From Antechinus flavipes (taxonomy: Eukaryota): a stretch of DNA of 64,000 nt. The stretch is taken from NCBI RefSeq assembly GCF_016432865.1, contig NC_067401.1, positions 141,298,001 to 141,362,000 on the forward strand. Reading direction: 5' to 3'. Under the pieces are notes generated by a model. That model was not told where the DNA came from. It worked only from the letters and a program-made list of their open reading frames with translations, and ran no database searches. This document shows positions 23,991-34,510 of the stretch, piece by piece (the stretch's first letter is position 1; the number at the start of each line of letters is the position of its first letter). The position numbers and the translations under genes are program-made.

Positions 23991-25537
23991 AAAAAAATGT
24001 AAAAAAATGTTTTGTTCTGAATGTAATCAGGGAAAATATTAAATGAATAAAAATTTTTAAAAAGACTTTGTCAAATAAGCCAAGAGACCTCATTTTGAGA
24101 AGTGAACAGAATCTCAGAGGGAGAAGATAACTTACCCAGTATTACATAATGATTGAGCCAAAGCAACCTTTCCTCCTTGGTCCCCCCCCTTCCCACCTCC
24201 CAGTCCTAACTCCATCCAGTCTGCATCTGCAGTCATCTACTGATACAGTTAAAAAATCATTTAACCCAAAGTCTGACAATCAGTACATGAAGAGGCAGAA
24301 TTGGAACCTAAGCCCCCCTAGCTCCAAGGCCTGCTCTCTATAGAAATCTGCAGATTGTCTCTCTTTTGGCATCACTCTATTAATGTCCACTCTGAGAGTA
24401 CCAATTACTGTTATAGTTATAATTATCACTATTAGTTCTAATACTAGCATCTTGTACATTCAATATGGCATTTAACAAACTGTACTAAAGGGGCATTACT
24501 TGTGGTAATGTCACCACTGTTATTATTAAATGCTTCAACGGATCCTTGCGCTTCTACACAACCGTTCTCTCAGTTCACAGATTCTAAGAGGGAAGAATCA
24601 AGGAACTTTTCTTGGCCAGCCAAAAGGGTCTAATTTTCATTTCATTACAAATATGAAACACAAAATTTTGTATTTGTAAAGGGCTCCGCACAGTGTCTGG
24701 CAGTTAATATACACTCTGGTGCTTTTCTCTTCCCCAGGTGAGGTGCATCTGATTTGACAAACACCTCTGGAGATGAAGAGACTTGTCCACAGTCATTCAA
24801 GTGGGCAGCTGTAAGGTCAACATTTAAATGCAAGTCCCTAGAATGGATAAGTCTGTTCTTTTTATACTCCCACTCCTCAGGCTACCTCCTGGCTGTTCCA
24901 GTCTCCAAGATGCAGCTAGGTGAACTTGGGCACATCTTAATTTATCTGGCGCTCTCTTTTCGGGAGAATTGGACCCTCCTAGTCCCAAATCAATAGTTTT
25001 CTGATCCTTGCTTTTCAGTGTAAACATCCCTTCCCCATACCAATCAATGAACTATAATTAAGTGTGTCTGTATCTGTAGCTAGTCCCTGCTCTCGAGAAG
25101 TTCACAATCTAATGGGATACAGACTATCATATAATACATTATGGGCCGAGTAGGGAGTTGACATAGCAACCTGACCACCATTTAGAACGTTTCCAGAGGA
25201 AAAGGCTTTGCCCTTCTCCCAGGTGACTTTCCGGGCAAGCAAACTTTTGTGAGATAGCCTATGTGTTAAACAGCAGGGAAACCGCGACCCAGGGAGTTAG
25301 GGGACCCTCTTGGCCCCTCAGCCTGTGTACTTCTCCCAGACGGAGACCCCATCGGATTTCTCGTTCCGTTCTAGGGCTTCCCGGGCAGAGTCCCCTGCGG
25401 AGTGGCGCGGCCGCAGGCTATACTCGCTCTAGAACCGACGGCGCGCCCCAGACCCTCTCTCCCTTTGCGGGGCGCCCCGTCTTTGCCGAGCCCGGGTTTC
25501 CCAGGCTTCTGCCCCCGAGCCGACCCCTGTCACTAAC

Positions 25538-25655
25538 CCATCTTCTTGAGCGCTCGCAGCCCGGCCCCGTCTGGGCTCCCGCCATGCGACACCACGATCC
25601 GGAACGAGGTCTTCGGGTCCCGGGAGTTCCCTCTCTTCCACAAGGAGCACGGCAT
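25538..25655 (-). CDS. PLCD3: Phospholipase C delta 3, coding exon 1 (MPCSLWKRG...AGLRALKKM)
   Basis: ATG at 25655-25653. It ends ...GLRALKKM G, matching the recalled human PLCD3 exon 1 end (PGLRALKKMG). Donor GTTAGT at 25537, phase 1. Lies in a CpG island. Confidence 0.88.
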
Positions 25656-26409
25656 AGTCCCAGGCAGGATCCGGTCCCGAGCCACTAGCCCGGGGCAGAG
25701 ACTGTCCGCGGCCCGGCCGGGGCTCTGGCTCCCAGATTCCAAAGTGAGAAACTTAAAGGAGGAGGACCAGGAGGCGGAGTGAGCTAGGAGAGAGGGAGGG
25801 AAGAGAAGGAAAAGGGAGGGAAGGAGGGAGGGAGGCCAGGATCTTGGGGGCGGGATCTGCCGGCTTCCGAGGTCTTGGGAATTGAAGTCGAACTGTGGGA
25901 CGTCCGTATGCTCCCACCCATTGTGACTGTGCCCTGCCGTGCCCCCTCATGTCCACTCACGGTACTCTTCCTCCATCCCTGTGGACTGACTCGGAAGCAC
26001 CGGGAGATTGCTCAAGATTTGGCCTTGGAGGTGGGGGTGGGGTGGGGGCGGTGTTAGGGAGTAGTGGCTTTTCTTCGAGTCCCTATGTTGGATTTGCAAG
26101 AGACCGTTGGAGACTCTGAAGGGGTTCCTTCCCTCCCTTCTGCATTGAGATCCCCCTTTCACAAACTCAGGCAGTCGGGTGTGGGGTCCGGGCAATAAAG
26201 GTGGGCAAAAACCACCTGAATAAAGGTTTCAAGCTCCTCCGGCTTGGAAACTGGATTAGATCTGACATGATCTAATGACATGATCTAACCCCCCAAGTTT
26301 GGGGTTTAGGGGTGTCAGAGAACTAGGAGAGGGGAAGAAGAGGAAGGGAAAGAAGGATGCACAAAGAGGAGAAGAGGCAGGAATCTCCCCCTTCACTAGT
26401 TCAGCTTCG

Positions 26410-26421
26410 TGACGTCATTGG
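26410..26421. promoter_or_regulatory. Full CRE palindrome overlapping a CCAAT box, about 750 bp upstream of the PLCD3 ATG
   Basis: TGACGTCA at 26410-26417, then ATTGG at 26417-26421 (CCAAT on the minus strand). A GC box GGGGCGGG lies at 25847-25854. Confidence 0.6.
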
Positions 26422-27105
26422 TTTAACCCTCATGACGCTGGAGCCGATCGCCTTCTCTATTTTCTGATAAATACACAAACACCGAGAAATAGGAAAGGAT
26501 TCGTTCACAGGAACTGAGGTGAAGGACTTTAGTCAGTCACTAAATAAACATTTATTTAGCGCCTCCCATGAGCCAAGCAGGGAGATACAAAGAAAAGCAA
26601 AAGACAATCCTTCCTCAGAGTATAAATGGAGAGACAGCTTGTAAACAATTCTGTACAAATTATATGTAGGATAAATTGGAAATAATCAATAGAGAGAAAG
26701 CACAAGAAATAAGGGGGATTGGGAAAAGTTTCCTGTAGAAGATAGGATTTTAGCTAGGACTTTGAGGAAGCCAAAGGACCCAGAAGATGGGAGATAAACA
26801 GAGAGAGCATTCCAGGCAAAGGGGGCAGCCAATGAAAATGCCCCATTCTGGAGACTGTGTTGTTCCGGAAAGAGCAGGGAAATCAATGTCAGTGGGAGGT
26901 GGGGGGAGGGGCGGGGAAAGGGAACAGGAGGGACGGAGAGTGGGATGTAAGGTGTCAGACTGAAAAGCTGAAAGGGGGGCTGATTATGAAGGGTTTTGAA
27001 TCCAAAAAAGATTTTATATTTGATCCTGAAGGCTTGATAGAAAGCCGCTGGAGTAATATTAAGTAGGGAAGTGACATGGTCAGATCTGTTCTTTAGAAAG
27101 ACCAC

Positions 27106-27787
27106 AGAGTTTCTACTGGGCTCATACCCCAAAGAGATACTAAAGAAGGGAAAGGGACCTGTATGTGCCAAAATGTTTGTGGCAGCCCTGTTTGTAGTGG
27201 CTAGAAACTGGAAAATGAAAGGAAGCCCATCAATTGGAGAATGGCTGGGTAAAATGTGGTATATGAATGTTATGGAATATTATTGTTCTGTAAGAAATGA
27301 CCAGCAGGATGAATACAGAGAGGACTGGAGAGACTTACATGAACTGATGCTAAGTGAAATGAGCAGAACCAGGAGATCATTAACAACAATACTATATGAG
27401 GATGTCTTTTGATGGAAGTGGATTTCTTCGACAAAGAGAAGATCTAACTCAGTTTCAATTGATCAATGATGGACAGAAGCAGCTGCACCCAAAGAAAGAA
27501 CACTGGGAAATGAGTGCAAACTGCTCGCATTTTTGTTTTTCTTCCCGGGTTATTTATTCCTTCTGAATTCAATTCTCCCTGTGCAACAAGAGAACTGTTC
27601 GGTTCTGCAAACATATATTGTATCTAGGATATAGGTGACATATTCAACATGTATAGGACTGCTTGCCATCTGGGGGAGGGGGTGGAGGGAAGGAAGGGAA
27701 AAATCGGAACAGAAGTGAGTGCAAGGGATAATGCTGTAAAAAATTACCTTGGCAGGGGTTCTGTCAATAAAAAGTTTTTTAAAAAAA
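27106..27787 (+). mobile_element. 5'-truncated LINE-1 (ORF2 C-terminus, 3' UTR, A-tail) with TSD, nested in an L2-like remnant
   Basis: ORF 27071..27412 encodes an L1 ORF2 C-terminal peptide (MFVAALFVVARNWK...EWLGKMWYMNVMEYY). A-rich tail. TSD AGAAAGACCAC at 27095-27105 and 27788-27798. Target site TTT|AGAA. Confidence 0.92.
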
Positions 27788-28338
27788 AGAAAGACCACTG
27801 AGACAGCTGAGAGCGGTATAGATTAGTGTGGATTGGCTTTGGCGCAAGGATTGCATGAGAAGAGAAGGGGATGGTTGCAAAAGAGATGTTACCAAAGTAA
27901 AATGAGCAGGCTTTGGCAACCTTAGCATGAAAGAATGGAATTTTAAAAGGCACTTATTTAGCACTTACTGTATGCAAAGCTCTAAGGATACAAAAACAAA
28001 AAAGTGACAACAGCCCCTTGTTAGATTCCAATTTCCATGCCCAGGATCGCGTTTTCTGCTCCCAGAATGTCTGCCACGCTTCCCCAGAGCCCGGGGTTCC
28101 TCTCCTGTGAGGTGTCCCTGTGGGAGTTTGTACGTGTGATATTCAGTAATGAATGATACATGAATGATGAGCCAAGGTGCGTGTATGCGTGACCGCTTTT
28201 ATGCGTCATCGGTGCACGCAGCATCTAAGTCCTTTCCAAGAGAGTGGCGGTGTTGATGTGCACGGGACTGGACGTCGGTTTGGGTGTCCATCTAAGCTAA
28301 ATGAGCCCGGGGGTCAGGGTCCGAAGTCCGTGGGCACA

Positions 28339-28352
28339 GCGCCATCTACTGT
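28339..28352 (-). promoter_or_regulatory. CTCF motif (reverse orientation)
   Basis: Reverse complement ACAGTAGATGGCGC matches 13 of 14 positions of CCASYAGRKGGCRS. Confidence 0.6.
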
Positions 28353-28676
28353 TAGTTTGGAGCATGCAGCGCACTCTCTGACAGTCCGCAATTACCCCAC
28401 CCCTGATGTATACAGTAGGACCCGAAAAGCAACATTCTCCTTTTATTTAAACCTCCAACTCTCCTCGAATTTCCACCACTGTCTGGCATGTGTTGTATCG
28501 CCTCTAGTCTCTCTTCCTCAATCTCCCTCGGAAATCCAATTCAATTCAACCGGAGAAGTCAGTTTTTGATTGACTGACGCCTTGCAAATTGACACGTCGA
28601 TTCCCCGGCCTAGGTGACGGTAATCCATTTCTTCCGCAAGAGGACGCTCAAGTTTCGCGTCAGATGCCTCTCCGTT

Positions 28677-28691
28677 CCACCAGGGGGCGCT
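28677..28691 (+). promoter_or_regulatory. CTCF motif (forward orientation)
   Basis: CCACCAGGGGGCGCT, an exact consensus match. Confidence 0.8.
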
Positions 28692-28739
28692 AAGCACCTT
28701 TCTCAATTTTAGTGGAGGAGTGGTGGAGAGAGCGGTAAT

Positions 28740-28982
28740 AGTACCGCCCGTTTGGAAATCAGCAGAAAGGTTATTTGCATAAAGTTGAAAGACCTTCGCC
28801 TAGTGGATGAAACGCGGAAGGAGAGAGTAAAAGAGACTTGCTTATTGGCCGAGACTTGTGTCTGTTCTGCACTTACCCTTTCCCTTACAACTGCGCCGGG
28901 AGGTCAGTCGGAAACCTCGGGCACTCGGGAGAGGGGGGCGCCCCGCTGTCCGGACCCGGCGAGCCGAGGAGGGGCAGCCGGG
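28740..28982 (+). promoter_or_regulatory. ACBD4: ACBD4 CpG-island promoter and probable non-coding first exon (ends 28982)
   Basis: Octamer ATTTGCAT at 28773-28780, an ETS-type CGGAAG and an inverted CCAAT. Consensus donor GTGAGT at 28983 pairs with the acceptor ttctag at 29385, upstream of the ATG exon. Confidence 0.6.
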
Positions 28983-29453
28983 GTGAGTGCCGGGCGGCGC
29001 TGGGACCCCCGGAGTGGGGGCCCTCGGGGTGGAGCCTTGCATGCTGGAGGCTGCATCCCTGGGAGTTGTGTGCTGTGGCTGGGGATGCGTCTGGGGAGGG
29101 GGAGCTTACCAACGAAGGGCGCATCTGGAGGGGGCAGGAGCCTGGGGCACCGGCCGGCCTTTCTGCCCCCCTGGGCTCCGAATCGGTCCCAGGCCCCACA
29201 CCCGCCCCCGGGGACGAGCCCGTCCGACTTTGGGGAAGAATACTCTGTGAGTCCCCATAAAGGAAGACCTCTGTTTTCTCCTCGGAATCATAGAGTTTGG
29301 TGTGTGGGAGGCTGAAGTTGGGAAAAAGTGATCCCTGCGCACCTGTCCGGGTCTCAGGGGCGCTCACGCGAGTTTGCCGTTCTAGGAAGTCTGTGAACTT
29401 CCCCGCCACCGACCCCGGCTCCTCTCGCTTCCTCGGACTAGGATTAGCTCGGA

Positions 29454-29541
29454 ATGGGGACAGAAGGGGATAGCTCAGAGCCTGACTGCCAGAAGCAATT
29501 CCACGCGGCCGTTACGGTCATCCAGAGTTTACCCAAGAATG
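29454..29541 (+). CDS. ACBD4: Acyl-CoA binding domain-containing 4, coding exon 1
   Basis: [29 protein letters not shown], 88 nt, donor GTGAGA. Confidence 0.96.
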
Positions 29542-29996
29542 GTGAGACCTGTGACTTTCTCCCTCCCCCCGTCTCCTCTGCCTTAACCTCCCTGTGCTCC
29601 CCGCTCTCGATGATTATAAGCTGCAGTTTGGAGGTACCCCCTGTCCCCAGTTCTGGAGTTCTCAGAAGTTTCCAGGGATGGAGGGAAGGCTTTTGGCTCC
29701 TGACAGTTTGATTTACCTGATATTTCAATAGGTGAGTCACCCTTTGCTGTTTGACTCTGTGTAACCCCAGTTGTCTTAAGATAATAATAATAGGTAAGAC
29801 CCCCTCACCCCCGGAAGCATCTCCTTACACAGTATCCAGTTGTTCAGCCTGTCTCAAAGCTTCGTTCTCTGCTGTCTCTCTGAACACTCCGAAAATGCCC
29901 TGACTTCTTACCCCCGAAACTGCGGGTGGATGACGCTTCTTTCTTGGCTTTTCCTTTTTCCCTATTGTCCTTTTTCCCATCACCACAATCCCTCAG

Positions 29997-30117
29997 GTTC
30001 TTATCGCCCATCCTACGAGGAGATGTTGCGTTTCTACAGCTACTATAAGCAGGCCACCCAGGGACCCTGCCGTGTGCCCAGGCCTGGCTTCTGGGACCCC
30101 ATTGGACGCTATAAATG
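29997..30117 (+). CDS. ACBD4: ACBD4 coding exon 2 (ACB domain)
   Basis: [40 protein letters not shown], 121 nt, AG/GT bounded. Confidence 0.97.
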
Positions 30118-30216
30118 GTAAAGCCCCCTCCTTTCCTGCCCCAGCTCCACAGTACTGCTTCTATGGCAGTGCCCTTTCATGGAGCCTCCTTGGGTGACCA
30201 GAACTCTGTCCTCCAG

Positions 30217-30301
30217 GGATGCTTGGCACAGTCTGGGCAGGATGAGCCAGGAGGAAGCAATGGCAGCTTATATTACAGAAATGAAGGTGGTGGCCCAGAA
30301 G
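30217..30301 (+). CDS. ACBD4: ACBD4 coding exon 3 (ACB domain)
   Basis: [29 protein letters not shown], 85 nt, AG/GT bounded. Confidence 0.96.
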
Positions 30302-30583
30302 GTAAAAACTTCCTGGTGCTTCCTCCCACATCCTCCCTGGGATAACTGGTGATTGTCATTTGGACTCTGGTGCGTGTCCACAGTGACCCTTATCTTCCCT
30401 TCTATTGCCCAACACTGTTTCCACTCTAGTTCTCTAATCGTGAACCAAGCCTCGAGGTCAGCCCCTGCCTCCCTCCACTCCTTCCCCACTAGTTCTCAAG
30501 CCAGGGCTGAATCTACAGTGGACACAGTTGGGTGTTTACTGCTGGGTCGCCCCCCCCCCATTTTTTTTTATTTTTCTCTTAAG

Positions 30584-30704
30584 GTGATTGATACAGTTCC
30601 CTTGAGTGAGGTGGACGATGGCATGTTTGACTATTTCGTGCCCTTGTACGAGATGATCCCTGGCATGCCTCAGCCCCCAGAGACCTTCTTGAAGAAACTC
30701 ACAG
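30584..30704 (+). CDS. ACBD4: ACBD4 coding exon 4
   Basis: [40 protein letters not shown], 121 nt. Confidence 0.95.
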
Positions 30705-31195
30705 GTCAGAATTCTCCCCACAAGGACCAGTACTGGGTGAAGAAGAGTCAGAGGCAGGTGGCCCAGATTCTGAACTGCTCAGCTCTTTTGGGGGATGGAA
30801 AAACATGGGGCTGAGAGAAGGCGTTACTCGGCCATGGAAGGAAGAATTGTGGGATCCCCAGAGCGTTATTGAAGATTGTCTTGTCAGTAGATTAGGAAAG
30901 CATGGCCCAGTGAGGTTCACATAAATTAGAAATAGTAAAGTAGATTTCCTCTGACTTCAAAATCCATGGTCTTCCCAATTCCGCATAAAAGAAAAGCCAA
31001 ATCAGGGCTATGGGTGGGTAGAAGGAATGTGGGGGTTGGTGCAGCTTTTACTTCTGCTATGCCTAGCCTTCCCCCTTGGGGGGATTTAGCTTGTAAACAA
31101 GTGGATATGTGTGTATTAAGGGGAGAAAAAAAGGGAGACTGAGGGACTAACTTGGGCAGGAAATGTCAACCTGTCCCATCTCTTTCCTCTTGCAG

Positions 31196-31282
31196 CTCAG
31201 AAGGAAAAGATGCCAAATGGGGATGTAAGAAATGCCCTTGATCCCCTACCACCTCCTGAGGAGCTGGTCCCCCAGACTTCAG
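31196..31282 (+). CDS. ACBD4: ACBD4 coding exon 5
   Basis: AQKEKMPNGDVRNALDPLPPPEELVPQTS, 87 nt, acceptor ttgcag and donor GTCAGT, frame continuous. Confidence 0.88.
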
Positions 31283-32320
31283 GTCAGTATCTGCCTAAAT
31301 TTGATTTAATTCAACAATATTAAGTACTTTGTGCCAAGAACTGAGGATACAAGAGATGAAAATGAAGTAATTTTGGTTCTCAAGGAAATTAGTCTACCAG
31401 AGAGAAAAAAAACAACCAAATACACACAGCTAAATAGAAAATCATTTTATCAATTGAGAGACAGGCCACTGGTATGTGTAACCCATTAAAGAAGACAAGG
31501 AAAGGGGAAAGAGGATCTGAGAAGTAGAGATGAAGGAGGAGAACATTCCATGCATGAGCCCATATTTATTCTACAATATCATGGTGGTGGAAAATGTAAA
31601 AAAAAAATTTGTTTTTCCTGAGAACAATAAGCAAGCACATTTGGTTACAATGTAGAATAGATAGAAGCACAGAACCTGCTACCCCTTTTTTGTGTCACGG
31701 ATGCCTCTGAAATTCTGGTGAACCCTTTGGATTCCTTCTCAAAAGAATGGTTATTTTTAAATGCATAAACAAAATACATAGGATTATGAAGGAAATCAAC
31801 TATATTAAAATACGATTACCAACTTTTTTTTAAGTTCATAGAATTGGGGTTAAGAAATGGACTAAGCAGGAGTTGGCTAAAACAGATAATAAGTCAGTGA
31901 AGGGCCCTCTCAGCACCCCACTTCCCATGGACAAGTGTTAGAAGAAGAAGATAAAACCTGACAGTGGATACACTTACAATCCATGTTCTTAGAACCAGTG
32001 GGTTCTGGATCACTGAGCTCAGAAAGGAGGGTGGATCAGTGAGAGGTCAAGGAATAGGACATCCCTGAGGTTCTTTTTCCTAAATCTGTGTCCTTGACTT
32101 CTTAGATCTTATTGTCTCTCCCCTTTCCCCTTTCCCAACTGTTCTTCCCTTCATTCTTTCCTTCTTTCCCCTCTCGTTTTCCAACTCTCCTTTTACACTC
32201 ACTCACATTCCCTCTGACTCTATGTCCACCCTGGAGGGTTCGCTACTGTCTCTCCCTAGGTCCTAGGTATCCAGCAGCCCCTTTTTTCCCTCAGCCCCCT
32301 TCCTTTTCCTCCCCTCACAG

Positions 32321-32421
32321 AAGCACAACCACCCAGGGTTCCCAGCATCCGTGGGAGAGCTTCCATGGATCTAGAGGCTGAGGTTTTCTGTGATTCCTTG
32401 GAACAGCTAGAGCCTGACCAG
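32321..32421 (+). CDS. ACBD4: ACBD4 coding exon 6 (FFAT-like VAP-binding motif)
   Basis: EAQPPRVPSIRGRASMDLEAEVFCDSLEQLEPDQ, 101 nt. EVFCDSLE matches the recalled ACBD4 FFAT-like motif. Confidence 0.93.
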
Positions 32422-32557
32422 GTGAGAGGCTTTTTCTACCCCTGTGGCCCCATTTTCCAAGTTATATCCCCCTTGTTCTTCCCACCCAAACCAGGACCAG
32501 GGCATTAGGGTTGGAAGCGATAGTCTGTTTCTCTTCCCCTGGGATTTCTCCTTTCAG

Positions 32558-32642
32558 GGTGAGTGGCTGCAGAAGGAGCTGAAGGAAGCTCTTGAAGGAG
32601 AGACCAACATCAGCAGTGATCACTTGCTTCCAAGACAGAGAG
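32558..32642 (+). CDS. ACBD4: ACBD4 coding exon 7
   Basis: GEWLQKELKEALEGETNISSDHLLPRQR, 85 nt, acceptor ctttcag and donor GTGACT. Phases fit the flanking exons, but the sequence is poorly conserved. Confidence 0.78.
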
Positions 32643-33262
32643 GTGACTCATACCCTGTCCCCTTTTCCCCACCTTCCTTCTTTCTCTCCTTCATCTCCAA
32701 TACCTGCCCTCACCTGTGGCCTTTCCATCACTGCCCTTCCCCTTAGTTTGCTTCTGGGGTGAAAATCCAGGATTGGTATTTTCAAATGAAAGGGGAATTC
32801 AGCCTTTTGCCCAGAGCTGCCACTGAGACCGATCTTTGATTCTCAGAACCCAAGCTACTGGGGAAAGGGGTAGGAGGTGGGGCTGGGCAAAGTTCCTGCC
32901 CCTCCCTGCACTATCTGTGCCCCCTGTGGGCACTGCAGAGAAGGAGGCAGAGCTACCCCTTCCCTGTATGAGTTCTTAGCCCTCTATTTCTGGTCTCATC
33001 CTCCACTGCACTGACTGGTTCTAGTGGTCTTCAACATTCTGGGTCCTTAAATTAAGGAGAATAATCCCCATCCTTTTTCCGGGATTGTTGTGCTAGTACA
33101 GCTTTCAAAAAATGAATTCCTGTAGAGCTGCACGGAACAGCTGAGTACAGAAGACTTTGTTACTCCGCCCTTCCCCTACCCTATCAGGCATCTGAACCTG
33201 GGCTGGCTCTGGGGAAGGCCACAGAATGAGCCACAGCCCCTTCTCTCTATCTGTTTGTGCAG

Positions 33263-33399
33263 AGATGGTGGGAGGGGCTCCTCAAGGGTCCCAGGAGTTT
33301 GAGGCCTGGCTGGCCAGCACGGTTCGAGCTCTGCAGGAAAGCATGCAAGATGTCCAGGGGAGGCTGAGAAGTCTGGAGAACCTGCCCCACCTCACCCAG
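33263..33399 (+). CDS. ACBD4: ACBD4 coding exon 8 (coiled coil)
   Basis: EMVGGAPQGSQEFEAWLASTVRALQESMQDVQGRLRSLENLPHLTQ, 137 nt, donor GTGAGC. Confidence 0.94.
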
Positions 33400-33529
33400 G
33401 TGAGCTCCCCTCCTTCTAAGAGCCACAAGTACACAGGAGAAAAGGGCCCAGGAGAGACCCAACTGGAATTTGAACCAGATCGCCCCTTTTCCTCAATTTA
33501 CTCATCTGGGTATCCCTTTGTCTTTGCCT

Positions 33530-34510
33530 CCTTAGAAACCAAGAAACTTTTTCCCAAAATAATAATAGTACATAATAGGAGGAGGAGGAGGACCCTTAAA
33601 AACCAAGAATCCTTTTTTCCAAGATAATTATAATAGAAGTAATAGATAATATTAGTAGTAGCTCCCTTAGAAACCAAGAAACCTTTTTCCAGTAAAGAAT
33701 AATCATAGTAGTAGTATTCCCATTAGAAACCAAGAAACCTTCTCCCAGAATAATAATAGTAGGTGGTAGTAGTAGTAGCCTTAAAAACCAAAAAGTCTTT
33801 TTCCAAAATAATAATAATAATAATAATAGTAGTAGTAGTAGTAGTAGTAGGACCCTTAAAAATCAAGAAGCCTTTTTTTCCAAGATAATAATCATAGTAG
33901 TAGTATTCCCATTAGAAACCAAGAAACCTTCTCCCAGAATAATAATAGTAAGTAATAGTAGCAGGAGTAGTAGGACCCTTAAAAACCAAGAAGTCTTTTT
34001 CCAAAATAATAATAATAATAATAATAATAGTATTAGGTAATAGTAGTAGTAGTCCCATTACAAACCAAAAAACGTTTTCCCCTGGGTAATAATGATAGTA
34101 TTCATAGTATTAGTAGTCCCCTTTAGAAAACAAGAAAACTTTTTCCAGGATAATAATAATAGTAGTAGTCCCCTTAGAAACTAAGAAAACTTTTTTCCAG
34201 GATAATAATAACAATAATAGTAGTAGTAGGCAGTAATAGTAATAGTAGTCCTCTTAAAAAGAAGGATTCTTAAAAAGAATCCAGGCTATTATTTCCAGGA
34301 TGATAATAATAGTAGTAGTAGTATTAGTCCCTTTAGAAACCAAGGAAACTTTTTCTAGAATAATAATAGTAGTAGTAGGCGTAGGTAATACTAGTAATAG
34401 TCTCCTTAAAATCCAAGAATCTGTTTTCCATGATGATAATAGTAATAGTAGTAGGTAATATTAGTGAAATCCCATTAGAAACCAAGAAATCTTTTCCCCT
34501 GGATAACAAT
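33530..34510. repeat. Compound minisatellite: about 15 units of a roughly 28-bp core plus variable (TAA)n(TAG)n spacers
   Basis: Core CCCTTAGAAACCAAGAAACTTTTTCCA recurs every 50-80 bp. Confidence 0.92.

Noticed and set aside
25533-25742. ORF-track N-terminal extension of PLCD3 (MESGSQ...)
   Set aside because: It starts at TTG (25742), not ATG. Similarity to PLCD3 begins at the ATG at 25655.
32555-32564. CAG|G|GTGAGT at the ACBD4 exon 7 acceptor, resembling a recursive splice site
   Set aside because: The donor is offset by 1 nt from the AG|GT recursive pattern and the intron is only 136 nt. The codons GGT GAG TGG explain it.
33530-34510. CRISPR-like look of the core-plus-spacer array
   Set aside because: The spacers are TAA/TAG microsatellites rather than unique sequences, the cores are degenerate, and the DNA is a mammalian intron.
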